Assembly (NCBI RefSeq): GCF_009834535.1
Contig: NC_045696.1
Span: 61,568,001 to 61,632,000, forward strand
Direction: 5' to 3'
Source of the DNA: Camelus ferus
Taxonomy: Eukaryota
Length of the DNA stretch: 64,000 nucleotides
Shown one piece after another: positions 1 through 12,460 of the stretch; positions within the stretch are counted from its first letter, which is position 1; each line of letters starts with the position of its first letter. The notes under the pieces are model-generated. The model was not told the DNA's origin. It worked only from the letters and a program-made list of their open reading frames with translations, and made no database searches. Position numbers and translations under genes: made by a program.

Positions 1-1205
1 CTATCTGTATATCTTTGGTGAAGTGTCTGTTCAGGTGTTTTGCCCTTTTAAAAATCGAGTTGCCTGTTTTCTTATTATTGAATTTTAGGAGTTCTTTGTA
101 TATTTGGGATAACAGTACTTTATCAGTTGTATCTTTTTCAAATATTTTCTTCCACAAACCTTTTTTATAGCAAAGCTGCAGCCTAAATTCCTGCCTGCTT
201 TCTGTTGCAGGATACAGATCTTTGAAAGAATGCTATACTCAGAGATATACAGCAGTGCCAAGAAGTAAATAGTACTTTGCGCTGCTAAAACAAGCATCTA
301 GAACAGCAGCAGGTGCTTGCTGTTTATCCTAGAGCTGAATCAACTCCTAACAATTGAATATTTTGAGTACTATTTTTGAGTGCTGAACTCAAAGTACAGA
401 CACTAAGAGAGTGATACTATTTTCAGAGGCCTCTGACCCAGAGAAAAGATCCACAACTTTTTGCCAGAGATTAAGTTACTTACTAATGTAAGTTTACTAA
501 TGGCCACCCTTCCCTAAGAGTTCATGCAACGTGTCACATGTGGATGGAAATAGGACTTGTTAAAATGATACCCTGCCAGGGGGATGGCCTACCCAGTTTT
601 TCCCACTGTATACTTTGCTCACAGTGCAATCTTCAGGAAAGCGCATTCAGTCCAGATATTTATCTACACCAGTACATCAGAGGCAGGGGTTCTTTAACTA
701 GCGAATTCATAAAGACTACAAAGGGATTCATCGAGAATGTCTGAGCTCATATTCTAGAAAGAGAATTCCATACATTTTATCAGTTCCATTACCAGACTCA
801 ACTTTTCACCTGGCCCAGTCATCATATCAAAGCAAAGATCCAGATAGTGCCAATTCCAGACAGTCACTCCACTTGCTGGAGACCTGCTTGTGTTGGTTTC
901 CTTCTCCCTCATTTCTAGATTCCGGCTTCTAAAACCTGGTCTGGTGTCCTTCAGGCCAAACGCTCCTGGGCTCTGACCAGATTGGTACAAATTCTTGTTC
1001 TACTACTCCTTAGATCTGTGAGCTGTGCAGGTTTCTTAATATCTCTCAGCCTCCATTTCTATATTTTTAAATGGGGCTCATTATCAAAAGGCCTTTAGAG
1101 GGACTGAGCCTCTCTTACCCACAGAGGGAACCTGTTCTTTGTGTCAGCTTCCTTCCCTTCTCATCCTCACTTTCCTACTTCTGCATTACAGGTGCTTCCT
1201 GGAAT

Positions 1206-1853
1206 TGTAACTGAGCAGGACCCTGTGGGACCTTTCTGGGACAGACCCCTTCCCCACCACCATGTCCTCCACCTGCCTCTTCTTTGTAGAAGAACTTTAG
1301 CCTCCTAGGCCTTCCCTGAGTTCCAAATAATAAATTTAATCAGAGAAGTGAGAAAATGCAGAAGCAAAGAAAAAGTCAAGCAAGACAAAATAATAGAGTT
1401 TCGCCATCAAACAAACCAAGAACCTTTAGTTCCTCTTCCAGGGTTATAGATAATATTCTGAGCCCTGTCCTTTGAGCTGTTTTGCAGATACTGAAACCCC
1501 TTCACCCCTCAGATAGAAGAAGTACCCACAAGCACAGAGACCCCAGACCAGTTGGAACCAGAAGGTTGATGATGCTGACTCCTGGTTACCTCACCACCAA
1601 CCAATCAGAAGAATGTCCATGAACTGATCATGCACCCTGCAGCCCTCTCCTCAGCATGTATCCCCTTCTTCTTTTCCCTTATATAATTTCTGAACAAAAT
1701 CTGGGGAGTCAGGAGTTGGTTCTTTGGGACATGAGCCCACTTTTCCCCTGGGATTGCAGACTTCCTCAATGAAGCAATCTTTCCTTTTACCCAACACTTG
1801 TCTCTTAGTATTGGATTCTTGAGCGATGAGCAGCCGAACCTGAGTTTGGTAAA
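1206..1853 (+). mobile_element. Solo LTR (ERV-type) nested in an older LTR16-like ERVL fragment
   Basis: Starts TGTAAC, ends GGTAAA (degenerate CA end); GGAAT duplicated at 1201-1205 and 1854-1858; CCAAT ~1601 and TATA-like ~1680; the flanks rejoin as tgcttcctggaat-cacctc. Confidence 0.7.
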
Positions 1854-2225
1854 GGAATCACCTCACAAACTACATGCAATTTTCATCTTGGGTCCTGCTC
1901 TGGGGTAAAGCAAATTAAGACTACACCCCTATATCTATATGACATTTCTTGTTTGAGCACTAATCTCACAAAATCTTAGCAGATCCTACTAGCTAGATTA
2001 GTTATTGACTCCAAAATGTGTCTGTGTGTGTTAGTTTCCATTTTATTTTACATATATAGGCATATCCATAGACAGTAGGGTTCTTATGGAAACTTCCATT
2101 AAGAAACTGATGAAAACATATAAATGGATTAGCTATTTCAAATCTACTGAATTTTTTAAAATTAATAAGGATTTTTTAAAAAATTGAAGTGTAACATACA
2201 CACAGAAAGCTGTATATTATAAGCT

Positions 2226-2678
2226 TGTGAAAATTAATAAAGGAAAACCTCACTAAAATGGCATCGGGAGGCCAGAAGGGGGCGCTCTCGTGCAGTACCA
2301 CTCAAAGTCAATTCCAGTAAAAATTGTAATTACAGACCCCAATAGAAGAATCATCAACAGGAAAGAATCACCAATTATAGGCCCCAACAGGAAAAGGTGT
2401 AGGTTGAGTATCCTACAGGAAATCAACTACCCTAGCAACTCAGCCAATGAGAATCTGTCGTTACCCTGCATTCTCACTTTTCTCCAGTAGGCTTTCATTC
2501 AAAACAACCGGTCCCAACTTCCTCTTTTTTTCTATAAAATAACGTCCCCCTCCTTTGTTTGTGGCACTTGCCTGTGGTTTTTACTGTGGCTTGTTTGTCC
2601 TGAATTGCTACTCCGTGTTATTACTAATTAACCTTTTTTTTTTTGAAGGTAGAATAATTTTTATTTTTAGAATCAACA
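2226..2678 (+). mobile_element. Solo LTR, ERV1/MER34-like, inserted in an old L1 3' fragment
   Basis: TGTGAAAA...TCAACA termini, CCAAT and TATAAAA (~2533); no clean TSD seen. Confidence 0.55.
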
Positions 2679-2689
2679 ATTTCAATGAC

Positions 2690-3705
2690 TGTGATGTTAT
2701 GATACAATAAGAAATACATATTTGGTCTTTGTCCCTGTTCTTGGCACAGAGCTTCTAAAACTCTTTTTTAACTTCCTAAGTGATAAGAGTAACAGGAACA
2801 TCTTTTGTTATAATTGTTTTTTGTCTCTTTGTTTTCACCTTTCCTAAAACATGTGAAAGGCACATCTTTAATTATAACATTGGTTTTAGCCACAGTTACT
2901 CTAGTAGCTCTGTAGCGATAAAAGTGAAAGGAGTGTCCTTTGTTATTCATAACAAGCCTCTTTCAACCACACTTGAGTTTGTGTTAATGAAGCAATTTTT
3001 AGAAAGCCCCTAAGGATGTGGGGCTGGTTGCCAGGAGAACCAACCAAGTGACTAGAGGGTTGGAATTTTCAGCTCCACCCACTCAGCCTCTCAGGAAAGA
3101 AGAGTGGCTACAGGTAAAGTTAGTTACTAATAGCCAATGACTTAATCAACCATACCTACTGCAATGAGGCCCCCATAAAAATCCTCACCAAAGGGGTTTG
3201 AAGAGCTTCCAGTTTGGTGAACAAGGACACATCATATGCCAGTAGGGTAGTGTACCGCAGACTCCACGGGGACAAAATTCCTATGCTGGGGACCCTTCTG
3301 GACCTCCTCCTGTGTATCTCTTCATCTGGCTATTCATTTTGTATTCTTTAGTATATCTTTTGTAATAAATTGTAAACTGTTTCCCTGGGTTCTGTGAGCC
3401 ATTCTGGCAAATTATCAAACTTGAAGAGGGCACAGGAACCACTGATTTATAGCCAGTCATTCAGAAGTACAGGTGATAATTTGGGACTTTTGATTGGCAT
3501 CTGAAGTGGGGGCCATCTTGTGTGACTGAGCCCTTAACCTGAGGGTCTGTGCTAACTCTGGGGCAGTTAGTTTTAGAATTGAGTTAAATTATAGGACACC
3601 CAGCTGGTGTCCACCAAGAACTGGAGAATTGTTTGATCTGGAAAACCCCACACATCTGGTGTCAGACGTATTGAGTATAGAGAGGAAATGGTGATTTTCC
3701 TTTCA
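2690..3705 (+). mobile_element. MER21-like solo LTR
   Basis: TGTGATGTT...TTTCA termini; near-perfect 5-bp TSD ATGAC/ATGAT; MER21-type internal sequence; AATAAA ~3364. Confidence 0.75.
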
Positions 3706-4310
3706 ATGATTTATCACAAAGTGAACACACTCATGTAACTTCAACCCAAATTTAAAAAATAGAATATTGCCAACATGTCAGATTTGGCATGGCCCTTGTG
3801 GCCCCTCCCAATTATTGCTCTCCCTCACTTCCTAAAAGATAATCACCATCTCTCATTATACATGAATTTTGCCTGGTTTTGAACTTTTAGTAAGTGGAAT
3901 CATACAGTATGTATTTATAACAGCTCTACTGAGATATAATTCATATATCATGTAAGTGACTCTTTAAATGAGTACGATTCAAGAGTTTTTAGCATATTCA
4001 CAGAGTTCTACAACCACCACAATCAATTTTGAACATTTACATCACCACAAAAAGAAGCCCTATACCAATCAGCAGTCACTCCCCATTCCTTCCTAACCCC
4101 TCCTCCCCTGCCTCCAGCACTAGCAGCCACTTTTATACCTTCTTTATAGATTTGCCTATTCTGGGCATTTCATATAAGTGGTCTCATACAATCTGTAGTC
4201 TTTTGTGACTGGCTTCTTTTAATTAACATAATGTTTCAAAGGTTCATCCATATTATAGCATGCATCTGTATTTCATTCCTTTTTATTGCTGAATAAGTAC
4301 TCCATCATAT
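3706..4310 (-). mobile_element. Old L1 (L1M) 3'-end fragments
   Basis: Typical antisense L1MB/MC 3' UTR text (e.g. ttttgtgactggcttctttt...ggttcatccatattatagca). Confidence 0.7.
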
Positions 4311-4312
4311 AG

Positions 4313-4690
4313 TGCTATGGACTGAATTGTTACTCCCCCACCTTCTCTAACCCTGTCCCAAATTTATATGTTGAAGCCTTAACCCTCAATGTCATTATGT
4401 TTGGAAACAGGGACCTTGAAAAGGTCATAAGGGTGGAGTCCTAATCTAATGACTACTGTCCTTATAGGAAGAAGAGTCACCAGGGAGGTACATGCATGAC
4501 AGAAAAGGCCATTGAGGACAAGCGAGAAGGCAGCCATCTGCAAGCCAAGGAGAGAGGTCTTAGGAGAAACCATACCTACCAATACCTTGTTATTGGACTT
4601 CCAGCTTCCAGAAATGTGACGATTAATTTTCTGCTTTTTAAGCCATTCAGTCTATGGTATTCTGTTATGGCAGCCCCAGTAGACTAATGT
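4313..4690 (+). mobile_element. MLT1A-like MaLR solo LTR
   Basis: TGCTATGGACTGAATTG start; ends tggtattctgttatggcagcccc...actaat. Confidence 0.8.
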
Positions 4691-4694
4691 GTGA

Positions 4695-5640
4695 ACCAAA
4701 CCAAAATTCTAGAGCTGAAAAATGCAACATCTGAAATTAAAAATTTACTGGATGAATTAGACACGAGATGAAAAAAAAATCAATGAATCTGAAGACAAGA
4801 CAACAGAAACTCTTTAAACTGAAGCACAGAGAAGTAAGGCTGAAAAATAATTAACAGAGCCTCAGTAATCTGTGTGACAATATCAAGAGTTCTGACATAT
4901 GTGTGCTGGAGTTCCAGCAAGAGAGGAAATTAAAAAAAAAATGATAATAGAAATGTTTCCAAATGTGAAGACACATATAACTCCAAGAAGTTCAAAGAAG
5001 CCCAAGCAGAATATACATAAGGCAAAGCACACCAATGTGACTACAGTTGATTACACTGTATTGTAGAATTGAAATTTGCTAAGAGAATAGAACTTAAATG
5101 TTCTTAAGAAGAAGGAAGGAAGGAAGGAAGGAAGGAAGGAAGGAAGGAAGGAAGAAAGAAAGAAAGAAAGCAAGCAAGCAAGCAAGCAAGCAAGGAAGGG
5201 AGGAAGGGAGGAAGGGAGGAAGAGAAAGAAAGAGAGATAACTAGAGGGGGGATTCCTTACACAATATATACCGGTATTAAATCGTCATGTTGTACACCTT
5301 AAATATCTTACAATTTTATTGGCCAATGATGCTGGGGAAAAAAAAACCCATGTCAAAGCACAACAAAATCAAATTGTTGAAAAACAGTGAGGAAGAGAAC
5401 ATCTTAAAAGCACCAAAGAATAAATTTTGCATTAAATACAGAGAAACAAGATAAACATTACTGCTGACTTCTCATTAGAAACAATACAAGCCAGGAGAAT
5501 CTGAACTGTCATCTTGAAACTGATGAAACAAAACAAAACAAGGCGTAAGAAAACTACCAACCCATAATTCTCTGTCCAGCAATAATATCCTTCAAAACTG
5601 AAAGTGAAATAAAAAGATATTTGCAAACAAAAAAGTTCAG
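4695..5640 (+). mobile_element. Degenerate L1 ORF1-region fragments interrupted by an L1 3' piece and a microsatellite
   Basis: A-rich ORF1-like remnants (ctgctgacttctcattagaaacaatacaagccaggaga = ADFS..TxQAR). Confidence 0.6.
5108..5238. repeat. Compound microsatellite (GAAG)n(GAAA)n(GCAA)n(GGAAGGGA)n
   Basis: Seen directly. Confidence 0.95.
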
Positions 5641-5680
5641 ACTGGAGTAGGGGAGGCCATTAATCCAATATGACTAGTAT

Positions 5681-6048
5681 TGTCTTAGTCCCTACAGGCT
5701 GCTATAACAAAACATCACAGACTGGGGAGCTTACAAACAAGAGACATTTATTTCTCCTAGTTCTGGAGGCTGGGAAGTCCAAGATCAAGGCACTATTTTG
5801 GTTGCCTTCTGGTGAGGACCCACTTCCTGTTTCCTAGCTGGCATCTTCTTGCTGTGTTTTCACATGGTGGAAGGTGCTAGGGATCTCCCTGGAGCCTCTT
5901 TTATAAAGCTCACTAATATAAAGTTTACTAACCCCGTCCATACAGCCTCCACCTTCATGACCTAAGCACGTTCCAAAGCCCCCACCTCCTAATACCTTTG
6001 AGGTTAGGTTTCAGCATAAGAATTTGGGGGCACACATTCAGATCAGCA
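5681..6048 (-). mobile_element. MLT1A-like LTR nested in an MLT1C-like LTR (host ~5640-6210, +)
   Basis: tgtcttagtcc...gctgctataacaaa...cacattcaga; near-TSD agtat/agtgt; host halves are collinear. Confidence 0.7.
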
Positions 6049-6649
6049 AGTGTCTTTATAAGAAGAGGAGAAGAGACACAGACACACAAAAGCAGGCAGC
6101 CATGTGAGGACGAAGGCAGATTATAGTCCTACAGCTAAACGCCAAGGATGGCTGGAAAACCACCAGAAGTTAGGAAGAGGCAAGGAAAGATCCTCCCCTA
6201 CAAGTTTCTTTGCTTGACCTCATGGAATCGGTACTCTTGCACAGTTTTGTATGTGGCCAAAGACATAAGGGAACATCTATGCAGAGTTCTGGATCTTCTC
6301 TGCATAGCTCCCATCTGTCTTGTATTCTGCTCCATGAATTTCAGCTGCCTCAGTCTCGACACTCTCTGCCTCTTTTCTCCTTGGCTCAGCAAGTCTCTGA
6401 AGCTTTACTTGGGGTCCCTCTTCCTATGCTGATACTTGGTAAATGCCACCAGGCAGAAAGCTAGGGAAATTGTACGGTTCACTTCACTTTTCTCTTTCTT
6501 TCAGTAATCACTGTCCTGGGCTGCCTGCGGTCCAATGACTGAAAACAAGGATTTCATATATATTGTACAGCTATTGAATTACTTAGATAACTGACAGGAT
6601 AAATGACAGGAGGTTCAGTCTGGTACCAGTTATGCTGTCATGTCTAGAT

Positions 6650-9335
6650 ATGTGTATTATTTTTTGACTGATTCCTTTTGCTTAGCATTATGCTTTTCAG
6701 ATTCATACTTGTTGTTGAGTGAAGTAGTTTTCTTTTATTTCTGTATGGTATTCCATTGAACAAATATATCACAATTTACTTATACTTTCTGTTGTTGTTG
6801 GACATTTGAGTAGTTTCTGGTTGGGGGCTATTATAGATATTGCTGCTATGAACATTCTTGTACATGTCTTTTGGTATGTGAATTCCTGTTGGGTATATAC
6901 CTAGAAATGGAATTGCTGGGTCATGGGCTGTATTTATAGTCAAGTTTACACATACTGCCAATTAGTTTTGCAAAATGGTTGTTCCAATTTTCATTCCCAT
7001 GCATGGTGTATGAGAGTATCCGTTGCTCGATGCTTCATCAACACCCAGTATTGTCAATTTTTAAAACATTAGCCATTCTGGTGGGTGTGTTTTAGTTTGT
7101 ACTTTTTAGTTTCCAATGAAATTGATCACTTTTTCAGATGATTATTGCCTTTCTGGATATTAATTGGCATATTCATATCTTTTGCCCATTTTTCTATTGG
7201 ATTATCTGACTTTTTAGATTGATTGATCAGTTAATTGAGTTATTTACTCATTCTGGATTTGAGTTCTTTGTCAGTTACACACATTGCACATATCTTATTC
7301 CACTCTGTGATTTGCCTTTTTCCCCTCTTAATGATGTTTTGATGAACAGAAGTTCTTAATTTTAATGTAGTCCAATTTATCAGTTTTCATTTTGATATCC
7401 TATATATGAAATATTTCCTACTCACAAGGTAATGAAAATATTCTTTTTCTTTTTAGAAGCTTTGTTGCATTACCTATCATATTTAGATCTGCAACACATT
7501 AGAAATAGATTTTGGATGAGTGTGAAGAGATCAAGATTCATTTCTTCTTCATATGGATATACAATTGACCCAATCCCATTTATTACAAAGACTGCCCTTT
7601 TCTCACTGCTCTGCAGTGCACCTTTGTCATTGATCGAGTTTCCATATTTGTAAACAACTATTTCTGTCCTCTATTCTGTCCCATTTATCTATTTATCTAT
7701 TCTTGTGCCCATACCACACTTTTAGTTAATTGTAGCTTTATATAATAAGCCTTAATACCATATAGTGAATTTTCTACCTCTGTTCTTTAAGATTAACTGG
7801 GCTATTCTGGACCATTTGTGTTTTCATATAAAATTTAAAACAAGCTTACTAATTTTTATAATAGTACTAGGTGGAATGTTGATAAGGATTACATTGACAT
7901 CTTTATAATATTTCATCTTCTAATTCATGAATATGAGGGAAAAAAACCTCTAAGATTTTCTTTAATTTTTCTCATTATGTCTTGCAGTTTTCTCTGTAGA
8001 GTTTTTGCATGTCTTTCATTAGATTTATCACCAAGGATTTGATGTTCCTTGATGCTGTTGTAAACAGCATTTAAAAATTTTCCCAGGGGGAAAATAGCTC
8101 AGTCATAGAGTACACACTTAGCATGCATGTGGTCCTGGGTTCATTCCCTGGTAACTCCATTAAAAATAAATAAATATATAAACCTTATTCTCCCCCTCAA
8201 AAAAAAAAAAAAACCCTACAAAAAAAGAAATAATTTAAAAAATTTTCCCTATTGTTGCTGTTACATAGGAATACCAGCAATTTTTGTATTTTTATCTTTT
8301 TATTCAGCAACCTAAATTTGCTTTTAATTTTAGTAATTCACCTGTAGTTTCTTTTGGTTTTCTGCATGCACAATCGTGTTGTCTGTGAATGACAGTTTTA
8401 CTTCTTACTTTCTAATTCTTATGCCTTTTATTTCTTTTTCTTGCCTTATTGTACTATCTAGGACCTCCCGTAGGATGTCTAATAGGAATAATGATGGAGA
8501 TATCCTTCTCTTCTCTTATTCCAATATCATGGGAAAAGGTGTCAATGTGGTAACATGTTTCTAAATAATTGACGTCTCAAAGAAGAAATTACAATGAAAA
8601 TTTAAGATGTTGTATTGGAACAACAAAGTGTGGCACATAAAAACAGAAGTATGCAGCCAACTCCATACTTAGAAGAAAAATCAGTGTGAGCTCCAAGTGC
8701 CCATCTCAAGGTGTTAGAAAAAGAGCATATTAAACCTAAAGATAGTAGAATGAAGGAAACAATAAAGATTGGAGCAGGAATTAATGAAATAGAAAACAAA
8801 TAACAAAATTATCAAAGACAAATTCTGGTTCTTTGAAAAAGCTATTAATACTGAAAAACTTCTGACAAGACTAATAAAAGAGAGAAGCCAGATAAGCAAA
8901 TAACAGGATTGAAGAAGGAAGCCTCACTATACCTGTAAACAAATATCAAAAAGTGAAGAGGCTATCATAAACAAATTCTTGACAATAAAGAAATAAAGGA
9001 TATATTGGTTTGTTTAACCATTTACTTGTTTAAAGAATCTGGGCTGATTCCAGTTTGGGGCTGTCACAAATAAAGCTACTATAATTATTTGTGTACAAGT
9101 CTTTATGTGAACACATGATTATATTTTTCTTGAATAAAAAGGCCCAGGAATGCCATTGCTGGGTATTATGATAATGGCATATACAGTTTTGTAAGAAACT
9201 GCCGAATTGTCTTCCAGGGTGGCTGTAGCATTCTACATTCCCACCACCAATGGATGAGAGATCTAGTTTCTCCTCATCCTTACCAGCATTTGGTACTGTC
9301 ATTATTTTTTATTTTAGCCTTTCTGACAGGTGAGC
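6650..9335. mobile_element. Cluster of old L1 ORF2/3' fragments in both orientations
   Basis: Translated remnants such as HDPAIPFLGIYP (6776-6961 -); sense ORF2 remnant ~8570-8990. Confidence 0.75.
8086..8232 (+). mobile_element. tRNA-derived SINE (camelid vic-1 type)
   Basis: A box TAGCTCAGT, B-box-like GGTTCATTCC, AT-rich tail + poly(A); flanking direct repeat aaaaattttccc. Confidence 0.8.
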
Positions 9336-9808
9336 AAATGAATTAAAAATATGTCATTCAGATCATTTAGTATTTTTGAAGGGTGAATTGATCCACAACA
9401 TGTTAAGCCTCTGTAATAGGTACTGAATCAGGTATTTGAGGGCATCTAGATATTTTAAAAATCTTCATTGGTGAATGTGATTTGCAGCCAAGATTGTGAA
9501 GACACACTGGTCTCAGAAGACAAAGCTTTGAAGGAAAAGTTATCCTTTAAAGAAACAGCCATATCCAATGATGGGAACGTCATAGACAATGAAAATATGT
9601 GGTATTTTCATATTAGAGCTGAATGACATTTCAGTAATATTAACAAGGATTCTATGATCCTGGAAATTAACATACTTTGGGAAAAAATTTTAAGTGAAGA
9701 GTCAAACTAGATTAATTTTAAAGAGGTCTATTTAGACAAAAAAATTTTTTTTAGTTTGAATATCTAAATAACAAATGATTACTTAGTCATGAAGAATTCC
9801 TTATTAAC

Positions 9809-9809
<1 letters not shown>

Positions 9810-9895
<86 letters not shown>

Positions 9896-9985
9896 GAAGG
9901 AAGGAAGGAAGGAAGGAAGGAAGGAAGGAAGGAAGGAAGGAAAGGAGAGGATGAAAGAAAGAAAAGGAAAGGATGAAAAGAAATA
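9810..9985. repeat. (GAAA)n(GGAA)n tetranucleotide microsatellite
   Basis: Seen directly. Confidence 0.97.
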
Positions 9986-10724
9986 AGTTGGTTGATAAGG
10001 AGATGTAAAATTATGCAACTCAGTTGGGAAAAAATATTAAAAGTTAAGGTAGTAACTAATCAAATTAATTGACCAATTTGAGGCTATCAAAATCTCTGAT
10101 GACCCAGTAAAGCTGTGGATTGTGTTTCTAGGGGGAGCTGAATCTCTACAGAGCAATGCAGGAAGAGAAAATACTGAAAATTCTAAGAACCAAAAAGTAA
10201 TGCCTCATGAAAAGCAGTAACATCAATTAGAAAATTACAGTATGTTATTAAAAACTGAGCAAGTCTCAGAGTAAGAGGTTTAAAGGAAACAAAGAAAAAG
10301 AAAAGTGTCCAAACCATCCCTGCTTCTCCAGTGGGATTCTGTCTCCAGCAACGAAAGAGTACTGACTAATAACAGGAGCTACGTGACATTTTGGAGAACT
10401 GATGGTAATGACACTAGAAATGCTAGTCAGGGCCAGTCAGGGCAGATAAGGTCTAAGTAGTCAAACTTGTTCACCCTCTTGTCCTCCCTACCTAGATTTA
10501 TGGTGTCAGGACCCACCCAGTCACTGAAAACGGAAACCTGGGCTTCATTCTTGACTCCAATACCTCCTACTGCAATGTGACTAGTTTTCCTATCTGGCTA
10601 CCTTAGAATTTATACCAAAAAATCCTCTGTGTTCCTTCAGAACACCCCCTTCAGAACAAACTATGGGTTCTAACTGCTATTTCCCCACATTCCCCAGAAA
10701 CATCACTGACTAGTCCTAGTCTCT

Positions 10725-12460
10725 CCCATTCCCCTATCCCTAACCCCTGGTAACCACCATTTTACTCTCTGCTTTCATGATTTTTTTTTTTTTTAGATTC
10801 CTACATATAATATATATCATACAATATTTGTTTTAATCTGATTTATCTCACTTAGCATAATGTCCCCAAGGTCCATCCACGTTGCTACAAAAGGCAGAAT
10901 TTTTCTCACAGCTGAATGGTATTCCATTGTATATATACACCACATCTTCTTTATCCATTCACCCTTTGATGAACACTTAGGTTGTTTCATATCTTGCCTA
11001 TTGTGAATAATGCTGTAGTAAACATGGGAGTGCATATGTCTTTTCAATATCTTGTTTTCATTTCCTTTGGGTATATACCCAGTACTGAGATTACTGGATC
11101 GTGTGTTAGTTTTATTTTTAATTTTTTGAGAAACCTCCATACTGTTCTCCATAGTGACTGAACCAGTTTACAATCCCATCAACAGTGCACAAGGGGTCCC
11201 TTTTCTCCACACCCTGCACCAACACTTGTTATCTCTTGCATTCTTGATGGTAGTCATTCTTACAGGTGTGAGGTATCTCTTGAGGTTTTCATTTGCATTT
11301 CACTGATTAGTGATGCTGAGTAACTTTCTGTGTGCCTGTCAGCTATTTGGATGTCTTCTTTGGAAAATGTCTACTTAATTACGCTGCACATTTTTAAATT
11401 AAATTTTTTTGGTTATTAAGTTGTAGAAGTTCCTTATAAATTTTGGATATTAACTCTGTATCCAATACATGACTTGAAAAAAACTCTCTCTCATTCTGCA
11501 GTTACCTTTATTTTGTTATTTCTTTTGTTGTGCAGAAGCTTTTAAGTTGGATGTAGTGCCACTTATTTATTTGTTGTTGTTGTTTGTGCTTTTGGTCCAA
11601 AAAATCATTGTCAAGACCAATACTAAAGAGCTTCTTCCTGCCCATTGAAGTAAGTTTTAGTTTTAGTTTTGGTCTTATGAAACTGAATGGTTTCAGTCAG
11701 TTACACTTAAGTCTTCCGAGTTAGTTTTTGTGAGTGGTTTTAAGATACGGGTCCAGTTTCATTTTTCTGCATCTGGTTATCCAGTTTTTCCAACATCATT
11801 TGTCAAAAAGACTATCTTTTCCTCACTGGATGTTCCTGGCTCCCTTATCAAATATTAATTGATCATATATATGGGAGTTTAACTCTGGGCTATTTTGCTG
11901 CATTGGTCTATGTATTTATTTTTTAAATACCAGTGCCATACTGGTTTAATTACTATAGCTTTATAATATAATCTCAAATTAGGATGTGCGATGGCTTTGT
12001 TCTTCTTTCTCAGGATTGCTTTAGCTATTTGGGATCTTTGGTGGTTCCATACAAATTTTAGGATTATCTTTTTCTATTTGAAAAGTGCTACTGGAATTTT
12101 GACAGGGATTACATTGAATCTACAGATGGCTTTGGGTAGCATGGGCACTTTTAACAATATTAACTTTTCCAATCTATGAACAAGGGATGTCCTTCCATTT
12201 GTTTGTGCCTTCTTTCATAAAGTGTTTTTCTTTCAGTAAAGACTTGTAGTTTTCATCTTACAGAGCTCTCACTTTCTTGGTTTATTTATTCCTAGGCATT
12301 TTATTGTTTTGATCCTGTTGTGAAAGGGATAGTTTTATTTCTTTTTCAGATGTTTTATTGTTCGTATATAGAAAAGCACTGATTTCTATGTATTGATTTT
12401 ATAGCCTGCAACTTTATTGATTCATTGATAGATCCAACAATTTTCACTTGAGTCTTTTAT
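10725..12460 (-). mobile_element. 5'-truncated L1 (ORF2 C-terminus/3' UTR)
   Basis: ORF 10817-11152 has KQPKCSS..EWIKKMWCIYTMEY...LSEI; continuous antisense L1 text. Confidence 0.85.

Noticed and set aside
9779..10018. ORFs 9779-10018 (-) and 9789-9986 (+) with SFFL/KKER repeats
   Set aside because: Translations of the (GAAA)n(GGAA)n microsatellite.
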